Positions 41,657-53,723 are shown, numbered from the stretch's first letter. The stretch: 64,000 nucleotides of DNA from Candidatus Tumulicola sp. (GCA_049585095.1 JBAUZB010000222.1:109-64108), one strand, 5' to 3'. Program-made: numbers and translations. Notes: generated by a model not told the origin, from the letters alone.

Positions 41657-44284
41657 CTATGCGGTCACCGCCCGCTCCGATGCGACGGCGAAGGTCAGCT
41701 CTCCGCGAACGTCGTTGAACCCAATCTCGACCGTGTCGCCGTCATCGATCTCGCCGGCAAGAATCTTACGCCCGAGCGGCGTTTCCAACTCTTTCTGAAT
41801 CGTGCGCTTGAGCGGCCGAGCGCCGTAGTTCGGATCGTATCCAACCTTCACGATGTGACGCTTCGCCGCTTCGGAAAGATCGATCGTGATTCGGCGCTCC
41901 GCCAAGCGCCGCCGCAGGCGACGTAACTGGATATCGACGATCGCTTCCAACTGCTCCTCGCTGAGCGCGTGGAACACGATGATCTCGTCGACGCGATTGA
42001 GGAACTCGGGCCGGAAATGTTGCCGCAACTCGTCGAGCACGGTCGCGCGCATGACGGCATAGTCCGCTCCTTGGAACGATCCGCGGTGCTCGAGAATGCG
42101 ATGACTCCCGATGTTCGAGGTCATGATGACGATCGTATTCTTGAAATCGACGGTTCGACCCTGACCGTCCGTCAGCCGCCCGTCGTCGAGAATCTGGAGA
42201 AAGACATTGAAAACGTCGGGGTGTGCCTTTTCGACCTCGTCGAAGAGAATCACGCTGTACGGACGGCGCCGAACGGCTTCGGTGAGCTGACCCCCCTCGT
42301 CGTAACCGACGTATCCCGGCGGCGCGCCCAGCAGCCGCGCCACCGTATGCTTCTCCTGATACTCCGACATGTCGATGCGAATCAACGCGCGCTCGTCGTC
42401 GAACAAATATTCCGCCAGTGCGCGCGCAAGTTCGGTCTTCCCGACGCCGGTCGGCCCTAAGAAAATGAACGAGCCGATCGGACGATTCGGGTCGGCCAGA
42501 CCCGAACGCGTGCGCAGAACCGCTTCCGCGACGGCGTCGACGGCTTCGTCTTGCCCGATCACGCGCCGGTGCAGTTCGTCTTCGAGATGCAGTAGCTTCT
42601 CACGCTCGCCTTCCAGAAGCTTCGACACGGGGATGCCGGTCCAGCGCGCGATCACTTCGGCGATGTCGTCTTCGTCGACTTCTTCCTTTGAAAGCCGCGC
42701 GCCGTCACGCTGCGAAAGCTTAGTCTCCTCGGCGGCCAGGTCTTTTTCGAGCTGTGCGAGTTGCCCGTAGCGCAGTTCCGCGGCGCGATTGAGATCGTAC
42801 TGCCGCTCGGCTCGGTCGATTTGAACCTTGGTTTGTTCGATCTGTTCCCGAAGCTCGCGCAACTTGCCGGCGGCGTTCTTCTCCGAGTCCCACTGAACGC
42901 GCAGCTTCGCCTGCCGCTCGCGCAGTTCGGCCAATTCCTTTTCGAGCTGTTCGAGGCGCCGAGCGCTGGCGTCGTCGGTTTCCTTGCGCAGGGCCTGGCG
43001 TTCGATCTCGAGTTGCATAACGCGGCGCGACACTTCGTCGAGTTCTTGGGGCATTGAGTCGATCTCGGTGCGCAGTTTGGCGGCAGCCTCGTCGACGAGA
43101 TCGATCGCCTTGTCGGGCAAGAAACGGTCGCTGATGTACCGGTTGCTCATCGTAGCCGCGGCCACCAGTGCCGCGTCCTTGATGCGAACGCCGTGGTGCG
43201 CCTGGTATTTTTCGTTCAATCCGCGCAGAATCGAAATGGTGTCTTCGACGCTCGGCTGATCGACGAAGACCGGCTGAAACCGCCGCTCCAGCGCTGCGTC
43301 TTTTTCGACGTACTTGCGGTATTCGTCAAGCGTGGTCGCGCCGATCATGTGCAACTCGCCGCGAGCGAGCATCGGCTTGAGCAAGTTGCCTGCATCCATC
43401 GCACCTTCAGCCTTGCCGGCACCAACCACGGTGTGCAGTTCGTCGACGAAGAGAACGATCTGGCCTTCGGAGGCGGCGACGTCCTTAAGCACGGCTTTGA
43501 GACGCTCTTCGAACTCGCCGCGATACTTCGCCCCGGCGATGAGCGAGCCCATGTCGAGCGAAACGACGCGCTTGTTTTTCAAACCTTCGGGAACATCGCC
43601 GCGAACGATCCGCTGCGCCAACCCCTCGACGATCGCGGTTTTTCCGACTCCCGGCTCGCCGATCAGCACCGGGTTGTTCTTGGTGCGCCGTGAGAGCACT
43701 TGAACCACGCGGCGAATCTCTTCGTCGCGACCGATCACCGGATCGAGCTTGCCGCGTTCGGCCTCGAGCGTGAGATCGCGCCCGTAACGCTCGAGTGACT
43801 TGTACGTGCCCTCGGGGTCCTTGGTGGTCACGCGCTGGTTGCCGCGCACGTCGCGCAACGCTTGCACGAGTTTGTCCCGGGTTACGCCGGCATTACCGAA
43901 AAGGCGCCCGATTTCACCGGACGCTTGCGCCATCGCCAGGAGTACGTGCTCGACCGAGGTGTAGTCGTCTTGCAACGCCGCGGCCTCGTGCTCGGCGGCG
44001 TTCATCACCCGCGCGAGATCCGGCGACAGCGTGACTTGCGCGCTATCGGCGGAGGCGCCGCTGAGCCGCGGCAAACGCCCGATCGCTTCGTCGACCCGCT
44101 TCGTCAGCGCGGCGACGTCGGCTCCGGCTTTCGTTAAAATGTCGGGTGCGATGCCGCGCTCCTGGTCGAGCACGGCGGCCAGCATGTGCTCGGGCGTCGT
44201 CTGGGTATTGTGTTCGGTCAAGGCCCGGGTGTACGCCGCATTGAGCGCTTCACCGACGCGCTCGGTCATCTTGTCGACGTTCAT
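41657..44284 (-). CDS. clpB: ATP-dependent chaperone ClpB.
   Basis: The true start is ATG 44284 ([18 protein letters not shown]). Two AAA+ modules are present ([15 protein letters not shown]; [17 protein letters not shown]) with a long coiled-coil M-domain between them. At 875 aa the size is typical. The 313-aa upstream extension in the ORF track is Arg-rich junk. Confidence 0.95.
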   Translation of the reverse strand: MNVDKMTERVGEALNAAYTRALTEHNTQTTPEHMLAAVLDQERGIAPDILTKAGADVAALTKRVDEAIGRLPRLSGASADSAQVTLSPDLARVMNAAEHEAAALQDDYTSVEHVLLAMAQASGEIGRLFGNAGVTRDKLVQALRDVRGNQRVTTKDPEGTYKSLERYGRDLTLEAERGKLDPVIGRDEEIRRVVQVLSRRTKNNPVLIGEPGVGKTAIVEGLAQRIVRGDVPEGLKNKRVVSLDMGSLIAGAKYRGEFEERLKAVLKDVAASEGQIVLFVDELHTVVGAGKAEGAMDAGNLLKPMLARGELHMIGATTLDEYRKYVEKDAALERRFQPVFVDQPSVEDTISILRGLNEKYQAHHGVRIKDAALVAAATMSNRYISDRFLPDKAIDLVDEAAAKLRTEIDSMPQELDEVSRRVMQLEIERQALRKETDDASARRLEQLEKELAELRERQAKLRVQWDSEKNAAGKLRELREQIEQTKVQIDRAERQYDLNRAAELRYGQLAQLEKDLAAEETKLSQRDGARLSKEEVDEDDIAEVIARWTGIPVSKLLEGEREKLLHLEDELHRRVIGQDEAVDAVAEAVLRTRSGLADPNRPIGSFIFLGPTGVGKTELARALAEYLFDDERALIRIDMSEYQEKHTVARLLGAPPGYVGYDEGGQLTEAVRRRPYSVILFDEVEKAHPDVFNVFLQILDDGRLTDGQGRTVDFKNTIVIMTSNIGSHRILEHRGSFQGADYAVMRATVLDELRQHFRPEFLNRVDEIIVFHALSEEQLEAIVDIQLRRLRRRLAERRITIDLSEAAKRHIVKVGYDPNYGARPLKRTIQKELETPLGRKILAGEIDDGDTVEIGFNDVRGELTFAVASERAVTA

Positions 44285-44301
44285 AGTCTCACCATCATAG
44301 C

Positions 44302-47292
44302 CTATTTCAACTGCGCGTACTGCGCGGAAATCGTTTCGAAGAGCGCGTGCAAGTCGGCGGCCTCGGCCGCTTGAGCGGCGGTGGGCGCCTGGAACGAAGT
44401 GCCGAGCCGGCCGCCCAGGTCGATTAAACGATCGCGCAGACCGGGCGGTCCGCCGAGATCCTCGACATTGCGCGGATTGTACGTCAGCTTGGCGACGAAG
44501 GCGCGCAATGCGGCTGCTTGATTCGAGTCGCCGCGTTTCATACGCGCGTCGATTTGGTTGAGCATCTTGTCGACGGCACCCAACTCGTCGTCGATCGCCG
44601 CCAGGAAATCGTGGCGCAACGCGTACTCCTGTTGCGTCGCCTTGTCGCGGGGATCCGGAAGCACCCGGAGCGTTTGCTCGGCGGTGCGGCCGTCGACGTT
44701 CAAGCGAACCGTAAACGTCCCCGGAACGGCCTCCGGGCCTTGCTCGGGACCGCGGTTTTCCTTGAAGGTTCCGAGCCAGCGCTCGGGTCCGTCTTCGGAG
44801 AGATCCCAGCTCGTTCGATTGATGCCGGCTGTGTTTGGCACCGCCTCGCCGTCGATATGCCGGATCACCCGGCCACGCGCGTCGACGATGTCCAACGTCG
44901 GCCGGTGCACCGCCGCCTTCGCGAGATAGTACGTTAGTAACGCCCCGTATTCCGGGTTGTCGCCGACGAACTCGTTGTCGGGAAGCGTTCCGTCGAGGAA
45001 CGCGTTCACCGGCGCCCATTGCCACATGCGGAACGCATCGCGCGGCGCGAAGAACGTTACGCTTGCAGCAGATTCTGCGCTCCGCAGTTCCTGCAGCGGC
45101 CGCAAATCGTCGAGGATCCAAAGGCCGCGTCCGTGCGAGGCGACTAATAAGTCGTCGGTGATCGGCTGGATCTCTATGTCGTACACGGCGGTAGCCGGCA
45201 TATTGAGACGCAACGACTCCCAATGGTTACCGCGATCGAACGAAATCCACATGCCCCGCTGCGTCCCGGCGTAGAGCAGATTGCCGTTGCGTACGTCTTC
45301 GCGAACCGACCGTACGAATCGATCGGCCGGTAGATTCGAGACGATCGAACGCCACGTCGTGCCATAGTCGTCGGTCAAATAGAGGTGCGGGCGGTCGTCG
45401 CCGACCATATGGCAGTCGATGGCCGCGTACGCCGTGGCGGCCGAATAGTGTCCGGGTTCGACCGTCGACACGCGGCACCACGGTGGGGCCGATGCCGGCG
45501 TAACACTCGACCAGTGCGTTCCGCCGTCACGCGTGAGTTGCACCAAGCCGTCGTCGGTCCCGACCCACATCACGCCGCTCGCGAGTTTGGTCGTCTCGAT
45601 GTCGAGTATAGTGTCCGACGTTTCGGCTCCCGAAATGTCAAGATCGATGGGACCGCCCGACGCCTGTTGATGCGACTTTTCGTTGCGCGTCAGGTCGGGG
45701 CTGATGGCGGTCCAATGCCGCCCCCGGTCGGCGCTTTCAAAAACGACGTTCCCCCCGACCAGCACGCGCGGTTGCGAACCGGCCGTGAACGCAATCGGCG
45801 TATCCCAGTTGAAGCGATACGCCAGGGTTGCCGGCGCCATGCTGTTGCTTCGGGCGAACGGAGAAAGTTCTTCGACTTGCTGCGTGCGCCGGTCCCAGAG
45901 AAAAACCTGTCCGGTATCCGAGTTCGTCGACGTGGTCCACACGAGGTTCGGATCGGTTGGATCCACCAGCGCCCACATGCCGTCGCCCGGCCCAACGATG
46001 TACCAATCGCGATTCAAAATGCCGATGCCGTTATAGGCGATCGACGGACCGCACCACGAGTTATTGTCTTGAAGACCGAGACACACCTGATAGTCGGGAG
46101 CGGTGTTGCCGAAACCAACGTGATACGGCTGCGCGAACGGTAAGTCGTACGGCTGCCAGAAGTGCGCGCCGGAATCACCCGAGAGAATCGCGCCTTCGTC
46201 GGTGCCGACCACGACGCGGCGACCGTCGCCGGACCACCAGGCGACGTGATAATCCCATCCCGCGTTGGCCGCAATCGGATGAAAGATGCGCCCACCGTCG
46301 CTGCTGAGCGATAAGATGAGCCCGACGTCGATGACGCGGTCTCGATTCGCCGGGTCGACGAAGATCCGGCTGAAATAAAACGGACGTGCGCCGACGTAGG
46401 GACTGTGCGGCATTAGCTTCCACGAAACGCCGCCGTCGTCGGAGCGCCACAGATCGCCGCGGCGCGACTGCACGATCGCATAGATGCGACCGCCGCGTGC
46501 GGCCGCGAAGCCGATACGGCCCGTTAGGCCGCTCGGCACTCCGCCGCCGACGAGCTTGCGCCACGTCGCGCCGTCGTCATCCGAACGATACAGGCCACCC
46601 TGCGGGCCGCCGCTGGACATCATCCACGGCCGGCGGCGAAACTGATACATTCCGGCGAAAAGCGTCGACGGATGGTCGGGGACGCGAACCAAATCCGAAA
46701 TGCCGCTACCGGGTCCGACGAAGAGCGTCCGCGTCCAGTGTTTGCCTCGATCGCGCGTGACGTAGACGCCGCGCGTAGCGTTGTCGCGAAACACCTGGCC
46801 CAACGCGCCCACGGCGACGTCGCGCGGATCGCGGGGATCGATGGAGACGCTCGAAATCTGCCCGGCGTCGAGCAGCCCGGCGTGCGTCCACGTTTTTCCG
46901 CCGTCGGTCGAATGCCATAATCCGTTGCCGCTCTCCACGTCGTTGCGGGGATTGGATTCGCCGGTTCCGACCCATACGTCGTCGACGTTGCGCGGATCGA
47001 TCGCAATCGCGCCGATTGCCGCGGCCGACGCGCCGTCGAACACCGCAGTCCACGATGCGCCGCCGTTGTCGCTCTTGAAAACGCCTCCGTCGGCACCGCC
47101 CGCATACAGCAGCAACGAATCGCGGTCGCTGCCGGCGACCGCAGTCGTCCGGCCGCCCGAAATCGCCGGACCGAGCGACCGGTATTGCAAATCGCCGAAG
47201 GTGCTTCCGGCGTGGACAAGGATCGGTACGTACGACGCAAAAAAAATCGCACAGGATGCGACGGCACGGTATGCGATACGCCTAGAAGCCAT
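44302..47292 (-). CDS. Secreted BNR/Asp-box repeat (sortilin/VPS10-like double beta-propeller) protein.
   Basis: Ten Asp-box motifs of the S-x-D-x-G-x-T-W type: [80 protein letters not shown]. The start was moved to ATG 47292 ([20 protein letters not shown], a signal). The stop lies 17 nt before the clpB start. Confidence 0.8.
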   Translation of the reverse strand: MASRRIAYRAVASCAIFFASYVPILVHAGSTFGDLQYRSLGPAISGGRTTAVAGSDRDSLLLYAGGADGGVFKSDNGGASWTAVFDGASAAAIGAIAIDPRNVDDVWVGTGESNPRNDVESGNGLWHSTDGGKTWTHAGLLDAGQISSVSIDPRDPRDVAVGALGQVFRDNATRGVYVTRDRGKHWTRTLFVGPGSGISDLVRVPDHPSTLFAGMYQFRRRPWMMSSGGPQGGLYRSDDDGATWRKLVGGGVPSGLTGRIGFAAARGGRIYAIVQSRRGDLWRSDDGGVSWKLMPHSPYVGARPFYFSRIFVDPANRDRVIDVGLILSLSSDGGRIFHPIAANAGWDYHVAWWSGDGRRVVVGTDEGAILSGDSGAHFWQPYDLPFAQPYHVGFGNTAPDYQVCLGLQDNNSWCGPSIAYNGIGILNRDWYIVGPGDGMWALVDPTDPNLVWTTSTNSDTGQVFLWDRRTQQVEELSPFARSNSMAPATLAYRFNWDTPIAFTAGSQPRVLVGGNVVFESADRGRHWTAISPDLTRNEKSHQQASGGPIDLDISGAETSDTILDIETTKLASGVMWVGTDDGLVQLTRDGGTHWSSVTPASAPPWCRVSTVEPGHYSAATAYAAIDCHMVGDDRPHLYLTDDYGTTWRSIVSNLPADRFVRSVREDVRNGNLLYAGTQRGMWISFDRGNHWESLRLNMPATAVYDIEIQPITDDLLVASHGRGLWILDDLRPLQELRSAESAASVTFFAPRDAFRMWQWAPVNAFLDGTLPDNEFVGDNPEYGALLTYYLAKAAVHRPTLDIVDARGRVIRHIDGEAVPNTAGINRTSWDLSEDGPERWLGTFKENRGPEQGPEAVPGTFTVRLNVDGRTAEQTLRVLPDPRDKATQQEYALRHDFLAAIDDELGAVDKMLNQIDARMKRGDSNQAAALRAFVAKLTYNPRNVEDLGGPPGLRDRLIDLGGRLGTSFQAPTAAQAAEAADLHALFETISAQYAQLK

Positions 47293-47377
47293 GTTCGCAC
47301 GCTTACCAACGAAACAAAAGGTCTCCTTCCAACCGCCGTTGGCCAGGAGTCTCGTGCGCAAGGCGTAAGGCGACGAC

Positions 47378-48469
47378 GTGCTCGAAATCGCGTCCGGCGC
47401 GGTGCGCGCTTATTATCTGTTCGACGTTGCCGATACGATCGATCTGACGATTGCCGGCGCGCGCGGGTCCGAGAGCCGGGGTGCCTCCGAACTTCCTCTC
47501 GGGCCGCAAACGCCGTCGGCATATCTGCAGTTTCCAATCCCGCCGCTGATCGTGCCGCTGCCCGATGCGGAGATCGCAGGCCTGTCGTGCTCCGTCCGGC
47601 TCAAAGCCTACGATTACGGCGTCATGTCGCTGCGGCTCTCGTTCGACGCCGCCGGAACGTGGAACGCCCTTGCGGTACTGGCCGATCGGATTCGCACCGA
47701 CGATCGCGTGTCGGCTTTTGCCGAGGCGACGGTGCTCCGTTTTTGCAACGGCCATTCGTCCGCCCTCGGCGACCGGCACACACCGCTCGTCGAAGACTAC
47801 TTCATCATCGAAATCGACCGCTTTAAGGAGGCGGTCGACGCCGACACGCTTTTGAGCGAGCACTTCGCCGAACTTGCCGGTCTGCTGCTCGGGGAACGCA
47901 AACGGCTGGCAGCCGGCGAAGCCGAGGAAGCGTTGCGCACGCGCTTTTCCTATCATGAAGACGATCTCACGATCGTGCAGTGGGATACCGCCTTCGTCTA
48001 CGATCGAACGGAGAGCGCACGTGCCATCGAAGACATACTCGAATTCGCCAATACTCAGCTTCTCGAACTGCGAACCTACGACGCCTTGTTGGATCGCGAA
48101 CTCGACGGCATCTACAAGATCGGATCGGAGAAACCGGCGCGATCGCTGCGCGGCCGGCGGGAAGCCGATCAGGCCGAAACCTTGCGCTATTTGATCGTCG
48201 ACGTACTCGAATTGATCGATCGTTCGAGCAACGCGCTCAAGGTCGTCGGTGACGCCTACTACGCGCGAATCTACCGGTCGGTCGCCAAACGCCTGGGATT
48301 GGCCGATTGGCAGCGGCAAATCGACACCAAACTCGCATCGGTCGGAGACATCTACCGCTTCCTCAGCGACCAAGCTCGCAGCCGCCGCGACGAATTTCTC
48401 GAGTTGATCATTATCGCGCTGATCGCACTCGAACTGGTCGTCGCCGTCGCGACGTTATTCCATCGTTAA
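47378..48469 (+). CDS. DUF155 / RMD1-family protein.
   Basis: 363-aa ORF. It has an N-terminal AYYLFDVADTIDL block, a central helical region and a single C-terminal TM (ELIIIALIALELVVAVATLF), as in RMD1/DUF155 proteins. It was preferred over the antisense 356-aa ORF on composition. Confidence 0.55.
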   Translation: MLEIASGAVRAYYLFDVADTIDLTIAGARGSESRGASELPLGPQTPSAYLQFPIPPLIVPLPDAEIAGLSCSVRLKAYDYGVMSLRLSFDAAGTWNALAVLADRIRTDDRVSAFAEATVLRFCNGHSSALGDRHTPLVEDYFIIEIDRFKEAVDADTLLSEHFAELAGLLLGERKRLAAGEAEEALRTRFSYHEDDLTIVQWDTAFVYDRTESARAIEDILEFANTQLLELRTYDALLDRELDGIYKIGSEKPARSLRGRREADQAETLRYLIVDVLELIDRSSNALKVVGDAYYARIYRSVAKRLGLADWQRQIDTKLASVGDIYRFLSDQARSRRDEFLELIIIALIALELVVAVATLFHR

Positions 48470-50319
48470 GCGTGCCGGCGCAGCGTGCGGTAGTCGCCGT
48501 TTCGGAGCGTGACGTTGTGGGCGTCGAGCCACTCGAGCAAGGGTACGGCGTATTTTCGCGACGTGCCGAGTAAATCGCGAAACGCGGCCGCCGTTATGCG
48601 CTCGTTGGCACCGAGATATTTCTCCAGCCGCGCCCGTATCGATGCAATCTGCGAGCCGCGGTACAAGTCGTCGCCGACCTTCACTAATGCGCCGCCCAAC
48701 AGCAACGTGTCCAGCGCCTGATCGGCTCCGTCGATCGCCGACCTCCTGACGGCGGTTGCGACGTCCGCAAACGGCACCGGCGAGAACGGCTGCGCGTCGG
48801 TGCACGAAACCAAACGATCGAACAGCTCGCGCTGCTCGGGCGTAAGCGACGGCTGATGGTGGAGCGTTGCGTAGTAGCCGCTTCGGCTTGCCAGCCGGCC
48901 GTTTTCGGCGAATTCGGCGAGGACCCGCACCAGCAGCGATTCGGCGATGTCGAGTTCCCGCGCGAGGGCGATCGACGTGGCACCCAGCGTCCACGGCCGC
49001 GTGCGAGCAAACTCGTCGAGATATTCCAGAGCCTGAGCCAGCATTTCACGCGCCGCGACGCCGTCGACGTACGCCGGCGGTCGCCGCAGCGCCAGCACGT
49101 CGTCGCGCGCGGCCAAGCTCTCGAGCGCTGCGTGCGCAATCTCTTCGCGCAGGTTGGCGGCGCGTGCAACGGCGGCAACGTCGAGGGCGAGAAAACCTTC
49201 CGCACGCAACGCCGCGAGCACGGCGCTTTCGGCCGCGGTGCGCGACCCGTCAGCCGGCGCTAGACCGAGCCCTTCGACGAAGCCGCCGCCCAACAGCGTT
49301 TTGGGTGAGGGCCTCCGTACCACGAAGCGCACGCCCGGAAACGCGACGGTCGCTTCGCGCAGATGCAGTTCGGCGCGGACTTCCCGCGCGCCGTCGGGCG
49401 CGCGTTCGAACGTCAGGACGCCCAAAATCTCGGCGGCGCCGAGGTACGCGCGCACCGGAGTACGCCGGCGCAAGAGCGGCAGCGCCGGCTCCAGTGGCGT
49501 AAACCGGACGGCGAAACTCGAACGAACGGCGCAGCCCTCGCTGACGACCACTTCCCCACGCCCGATCCGATGGCGGTCGACACCGGGTAGATTGAGGGCG
49601 ACGCGCGTGCCCGCGGCAGCGCGCCGGCGCGTCGCGCCAAAGACCCCAATGCTGCGGATGCGCGCCCGCATGCCGCTGGGTGCGAGCGTCACCACGTCGC
49701 CGGTCGCGACGCTACCCTGCATCAGCGTTCCGGTGACGATCGTTCCCAGGCCCGGTAGCGCAAACACCCGATCGACGGGAAGGTAGGCGGGTGCGTCGTC
49801 GTTGCGCGGCGGCAGCGCGCGCAGTGCCGCAGCGATGCAGTTGCGCAGATCGGCGAGACCCTCCCCGGTGACGCTCGAAACCGCGGCCAACGGCGCACCG
49901 TCGGCAAGCGTTCCGCGCAGTGCGCTCGCGATGCTCGCGTACGCGCCATCGCGCGCCGCCGGCGGAAGCGCGTCGATTTTCGTGACGACGAGAATCGTTT
50001 GGCCGACGTTAAGATATCGCAGGATATCGAGATGCTCGCGCGTCTGCGGCATCACGCCTTCGTCGGCGGCAACTACGAGCAGCAGGACGTCCATGCCGGC
50101 CGCGCCGGCCAGCATATTGTGTAAGAAGCGTTCGTGGCCCGGAACGTCGACGATTCCCGCTTCGAGTCCCTTCTCCAGAACCAGATGCGCGAACCCGAGG
50201 TCGAGCGTCATGCCGCGCAACCGTTCCTCGATCCATCGGTCGGGATTGGTTCCGGTGAGCGCCGCAACCAGCGCCGACTTTCCGTGATCGACGTGACCGG
50301 CGGTGCCGACGATAGGCAA
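48466..50319 (-). CDS. selB: Selenocysteine-specific translation elongation factor SelB.
   Basis: The GTPase N-terminus reads IVGTAGHVDHGKSALVAALTG...ERLRGMTLDLGF...DVPGHERF...TKID. It is followed by EF-Tu-like domains and a long winged-helix C-terminal extension (617 aa). TTG start. Confidence 0.9.
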   Translation of the reverse strand: MPIVGTAGHVDHGKSALVAALTGTNPDRWIEERLRGMTLDLGFAHLVLEKGLEAGIVDVPGHERFLHNMLAGAAGMDVLLLVVAADEGVMPQTREHLDILRYLNVGQTILVVTKIDALPPAARDGAYASIASALRGTLADGAPLAAVSSVTGEGLADLRNCIAAALRALPPRNDDAPAYLPVDRVFALPGLGTIVTGTLMQGSVATGDVVTLAPSGMRARIRSIGVFGATRRRAAAGTRVALNLPGVDRHRIGRGEVVVSEGCAVRSSFAVRFTPLEPALPLLRRRTPVRAYLGAAEILGVLTFERAPDGAREVRAELHLREATVAFPGVRFVVRRPSPKTLLGGGFVEGLGLAPADGSRTAAESAVLAALRAEGFLALDVAAVARAANLREEIAHAALESLAARDDVLALRRPPAYVDGVAAREMLAQALEYLDEFARTRPWTLGATSIALARELDIAESLLVRVLAEFAENGRLASRSGYYATLHHQPSLTPEQRELFDRLVSCTDAQPFSPVPFADVATAVRRSAIDGADQALDTLLLGGALVKVGDDLYRGSQIASIRARLEKYLGANERITAAAFRDLLGTSRKYAVPLLEWLDAHNVTLRNGDYRTLRRHA

Positions 50320-50337
50320 ACTACGGCCCCCCGGTCA

Positions 50338-51915
50338 TCAGCCTACGGACTTGATGCGATAGTCGTTTAGAATTTCGCGCGCGGCGCGAAATCCCGACTC
50401 GGCGCCGCCTTCCATGAACCCTTGATCCGCAATCGAGGTATGCTCGCCGGCAAAGTGCACTCGCCCTTGCGGCAGCGCTTCGTGACCCGCGATCGTCGTG
50501 TATTGTCCCACCAGCCAGCACGAATAACTGGCTAGAATGTTGGGATCGGCCTGCGCGTTGCCGAACGTCGCTTTTCCGTTCCACGTGGCCGAAACGCCGG
50601 GCCAAATTCGATCGAGCTGTTCGAAGAATGCGTGCACGTGTCGCCGCACGGCAGCGGAATCGCCAATGCGCGCGTACGGCATCGGCGGCGTATCCGTCAT
50701 GGCGGCGGCGCCGGCGGTAAAGACTTCGATGATGCCGTCGCGTCCGGGCTGGCCGAGGGTGAAGTCGAGCGCGCTCTGAACCGGCAGCGTCGTCCAAATT
50801 TGTCCCGAAGCCGGTTCGGGCCAAGGCCCCCGGCGCATCCATTCGCGCCGGTCGAACTGTACGTGCAGCTTGGTGTGATAGCCGTACCCCAGGTTATCGA
50901 TCGCGCGACGCTTGGCGGCATCGAAGCCGGCGCCCGAAACGTCCAAGCCGCGCAGCACGATAAAGGGAATCGCCAGCACCACACGATCGGCGTATACGTT
51001 CTCCGTCCGTTCGCCGGTGGCAAACGTCAAGGCGTAGGTTCCGTTCTTGAGCCGCGCGATGGCGGTCAAACGGTGGTCGAACCGAATGCTGCCGTCCGGC
51101 AGCGCCCCGGCGATCGCCTCGGGCAACGCTTGACTGCCGGCAGCGAAGATGTACTTTTGGTCGGACGAACCCAAAACGTTCATCTCATGATTTTCGTGGT
51201 AGCGCCGCTGGCTGCCGAGCTGGACGACGAGATTGAGGGCGCTCAGCTCGTCGGTCGTCCGCCCGTACTCGTTGCAGTAGGCTTCGTCGATCAGGCGTCC
51301 GAGCTGCGACGTCTCGCCCCCGGGTACGTAGCGCACGATCCAGTCGCGCATGCTCATGGCATCGAGGCGACGCGCCTCCGCGGTTGCGTTGGCATACGTC
51401 GTGAGAACGTTGACCTCGCCGAGTTGGAGTTGCATGATCGGATAAATTTTCGCGAAATCGCGATCCGCGTCGGCCATCGCATAATATCGGCCGTCGAGGT
51501 AGCACGTGTCGCGGGAGTGCGGCGTCCGTGCCGCGATCGTGTCGAGGAGATTCAAGTTGAAGCGGCGCGCCAAGCGGCGCAGGTTGACGTGAAGCGAGTC
51601 CACCATCGCACCGCACCATTCGGTGTGCTGGCCTTGGCTCCAGTACGTCCGCTCCGAATGCATGCGGCCGCCGACGCGCGACGACGACTCGTAGATCGTC
51701 GACTCGATCCCCGCGTCGCGCAATTGCAGCGCCGTTACCAGTCCCGCGATACCGCCGCCGACGATCGCGATGCGCTCGCGCCCGCGCGCCTGCGAACTGC
51801 CGCACGCCACGAACTCGGGTACGATCGCGGCGCCGAGGGAGAGCATCAGCGAGCTTCGCAAGAATGCACCGCGAGAGGGCCCGTCACCGGCGGCGACGCT
51901 GCGTAGCGCGCGCAT
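50338..51915 (-). CDS. Flavin-dependent amine oxidase (putrescine/monoamine oxidase-like), probably exported.
   Basis: The FAD dinucleotide fold reads IAIVGGGIAGLVTALQLRDAGIESTIYESSSRVGGRMHS, and the C-terminal FAD block is FAGEHTS. The N-terminus MRALRSVAAGDGPSRGAFLRSSLMLSLGAAIVPEFVACGSS looks like a Tat-like/lipoprotein signal. The start was moved to ATG 51915 to avoid overlap with pucR. Confidence 0.8.
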   Translation of the reverse strand: MRALRSVAAGDGPSRGAFLRSSLMLSLGAAIVPEFVACGSSQARGRERIAIVGGGIAGLVTALQLRDAGIESTIYESSSRVGGRMHSERTYWSQGQHTEWCGAMVDSLHVNLRRLARRFNLNLLDTIAARTPHSRDTCYLDGRYYAMADADRDFAKIYPIMQLQLGEVNVLTTYANATAEARRLDAMSMRDWIVRYVPGGETSQLGRLIDEAYCNEYGRTTDELSALNLVVQLGSQRRYHENHEMNVLGSSDQKYIFAAGSQALPEAIAGALPDGSIRFDHRLTAIARLKNGTYALTFATGERTENVYADRVVLAIPFIVLRGLDVSGAGFDAAKRRAIDNLGYGYHTKLHVQFDRREWMRRGPWPEPASGQIWTTLPVQSALDFTLGQPGRDGIIEVFTAGAAAMTDTPPMPYARIGDSAAVRRHVHAFFEQLDRIWPGVSATWNGKATFGNAQADPNILASYSCWLVGQYTTIAGHEALPQGRVHFAGEHTSIADQGFMEGGAESGFRAAREILNDYRIKSVG

Positions 51916-51934
51916 CAGCGGAGTCCTCGGCAAT

Positions 51935-53635
51935 TTACGGTCCGCCGTTTTTCGCCGAAGCCAACGGAACGGCAAACGCCGGAACGTCGTCGAATTCGAG
52001 GAGCCGCACCGCCAGTTGCAATTCGAACCGCGTCTCGGGCTGATCCAGCCTCAAGCCTAGGATTTCAGCCGCGCGATTGAGACGGTATCGCAGCGTGTTC
52101 GGATGGATGCCGAGCGTCTGAGCGGTTTCGCGCATGCGGAATCCGCTCCGTGCGAGCGTTAGCGCCGCTTGCGCCAAGCCGGGGCCACCGCGCTTCGAAA
52201 GCAGCGGGTCCAGCAAGTCGTGCAAGAACGTTCGGCGCGCCTCTGCATCCCCCGCAATGACTCGGGGAACGAGCACGTCGTCGAAGTTGCACGCGGCCTT
52301 GCGATTGCGGTGGGCAATGAGTGAGAGCGCCTCGCGATAACTTTGCCGCGCGCCGGCAGTGCCGCGACACGTGCGGCCGGCGACGATCGTCAAGCTGCGA
52401 TCGTCGAGAGCCCGCAGAATTTCGTCGAGCGCGACGTCTTCGGGCAACAGCAGCGGCACGCGGTTGAGCACCGCCGAGACGAGCCGCTCGGCGCCGTGCC
52501 GTTTCAAGAACTCGCGGGCCCGCTGGGCGACGCGATCGCGGCGCAGAAAACCCTCGCGACCGAGCGGCATCTCTTCCGGAAGCAGCACGATGGCCACCCG
52601 ATACGCGCGTTCGGGATCGAAACCCAGAAGGCGTACCCGCTCCTGCGCTGCCGGAGTCGGATCGCTCTCCGATTCCAAGAGCGAGAGTACCGAAGCGTAG
52701 CCGAGCGTCGCTTCGAGCGAAGCGAGCTCGCGCTGATGCGCCACATGGATCGCGGCAACCAGCGCCGCGTACTCCGCCGCTCGATGATCCAGCTCGGCGA
52801 GGGGTTCGTCACCCTCGAGAATCCAAACCACGCCGACGAGTTCGGCCCCGAGCCGAATCGGACACGCGACCCTTGCCGCCAAACCGATCTCCGGCATCGC
52901 CGCAACGCGAATCGGTTTTTCGCTCGCGCGCAAGCGCCGGTCGAGTCCGGCCGCTTCCAGCGCGGCCAGCATCGGCGCCGGCGTTTGCGCGCGTTCGAGG
53001 GTTTCACGGCGCACCGCATCGGCACGGTCGTCGATGGAGCAATGCGCCAGCAGTCTACCGCCCGGATCTTCAAACGTGACCGAACGCCCGATAAGCGGAC
53101 ATAGAATTCTCGCGAGATCGTCGAGGGTCGCTTCGCGCGAGGCCGCGCGCATGAGCGCGTGGTGAATCTGCTCGGCTCGATCGATGATGCGATACGGCTC
53201 GGCCATAATCGCCCGATGCAGCTCCTCGGTGACGGCGGCAAACGGAACTTCGAACGGTATTTCCACGAGCGGCAAGCCGGCACGATTCGCCGCCTCTCGC
53301 TCCTCGTCGGAAAAGGCGGTTACGTACCGCGGCACGGCCAGTCCGACCCCGGCGATGCCCCGGGCCGCCAACGCGGCGATGAGCGCCGTCTGATCGGCAG
53401 CATTCTTCGGCCAGCTATAACCGGTGGTCAGCAGGAAATAGCCCGGCGGCACCCAGGGCGCCGGATCGGGCATATCGACCACGTGCGACCACAACACCGG
53501 CCGATCCAAACCGCTCTCGCCCGCGACCAGGCGCGCCGTTCCCAAGGCGGCCAAACCGAGGACCTCCCGAACGGTGAGCTGACTGTTCTTTTTGGATGCC
53601 TCCTCCAAAAAGGACGGTAAAATTGTGCTTGCCAT
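51935..53635 (-). CDS. PucR-family transcriptional regulator.
   Basis: The N-terminal PucR purine-catabolism-regulator-like domain reads LTVREVLGL...ARLVAGESGLDRPVLWSHVVDMPDP. The C-terminal HTH_30 motif reads ETAQTLGIHPNTLRYRLNRAAEILG. It is divergent from gabT. Confidence 0.85.
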   Translation of the reverse strand: MASTILPSFLEEASKKNSQLTVREVLGLAALGTARLVAGESGLDRPVLWSHVVDMPDPAPWVPPGYFLLTTGYSWPKNAADQTALIAALAARGIAGVGLAVPRYVTAFSDEEREAANRAGLPLVEIPFEVPFAAVTEELHRAIMAEPYRIIDRAEQIHHALMRAASREATLDDLARILCPLIGRSVTFEDPGGRLLAHCSIDDRADAVRRETLERAQTPAPMLAALEAAGLDRRLRASEKPIRVAAMPEIGLAARVACPIRLGAELVGVVWILEGDEPLAELDHRAAEYAALVAAIHVAHQRELASLEATLGYASVLSLLESESDPTPAAQERVRLLGFDPERAYRVAIVLLPEEMPLGREGFLRRDRVAQRAREFLKRHGAERLVSAVLNRVPLLLPEDVALDEILRALDDRSLTIVAGRTCRGTAGARQSYREALSLIAHRNRKAACNFDDVLVPRVIAGDAEARRTFLHDLLDPLLSKRGGPGLAQAALTLARSGFRMRETAQTLGIHPNTLRYRLNRAAEILGLRLDQPETRFELQLAVRLLEFDDVPAFAVPLASAKNGGP

Positions 53636-53723
53636 ACGTGGTTCTTGCCTGCGAGCAGCGTTTACACTCGGAGAACGGCACCTCCTTGAACCACGACAGG
53701 CGCCGTGAAGGGGTTCATTACCG

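Noticed and set aside
44285-45223. The 313-aa N-terminal extension of the clpB ORF (the ORF track gives 1188 aa).
   Set aside because: The extension is Arg/Pro-rich junk and lies out of frame over the 3' end of the Asp-box protein gene. The canonical ClpB N-terminus ([18 protein letters not shown]) starts at ATG 44284 and gives a typical 875-aa protein.
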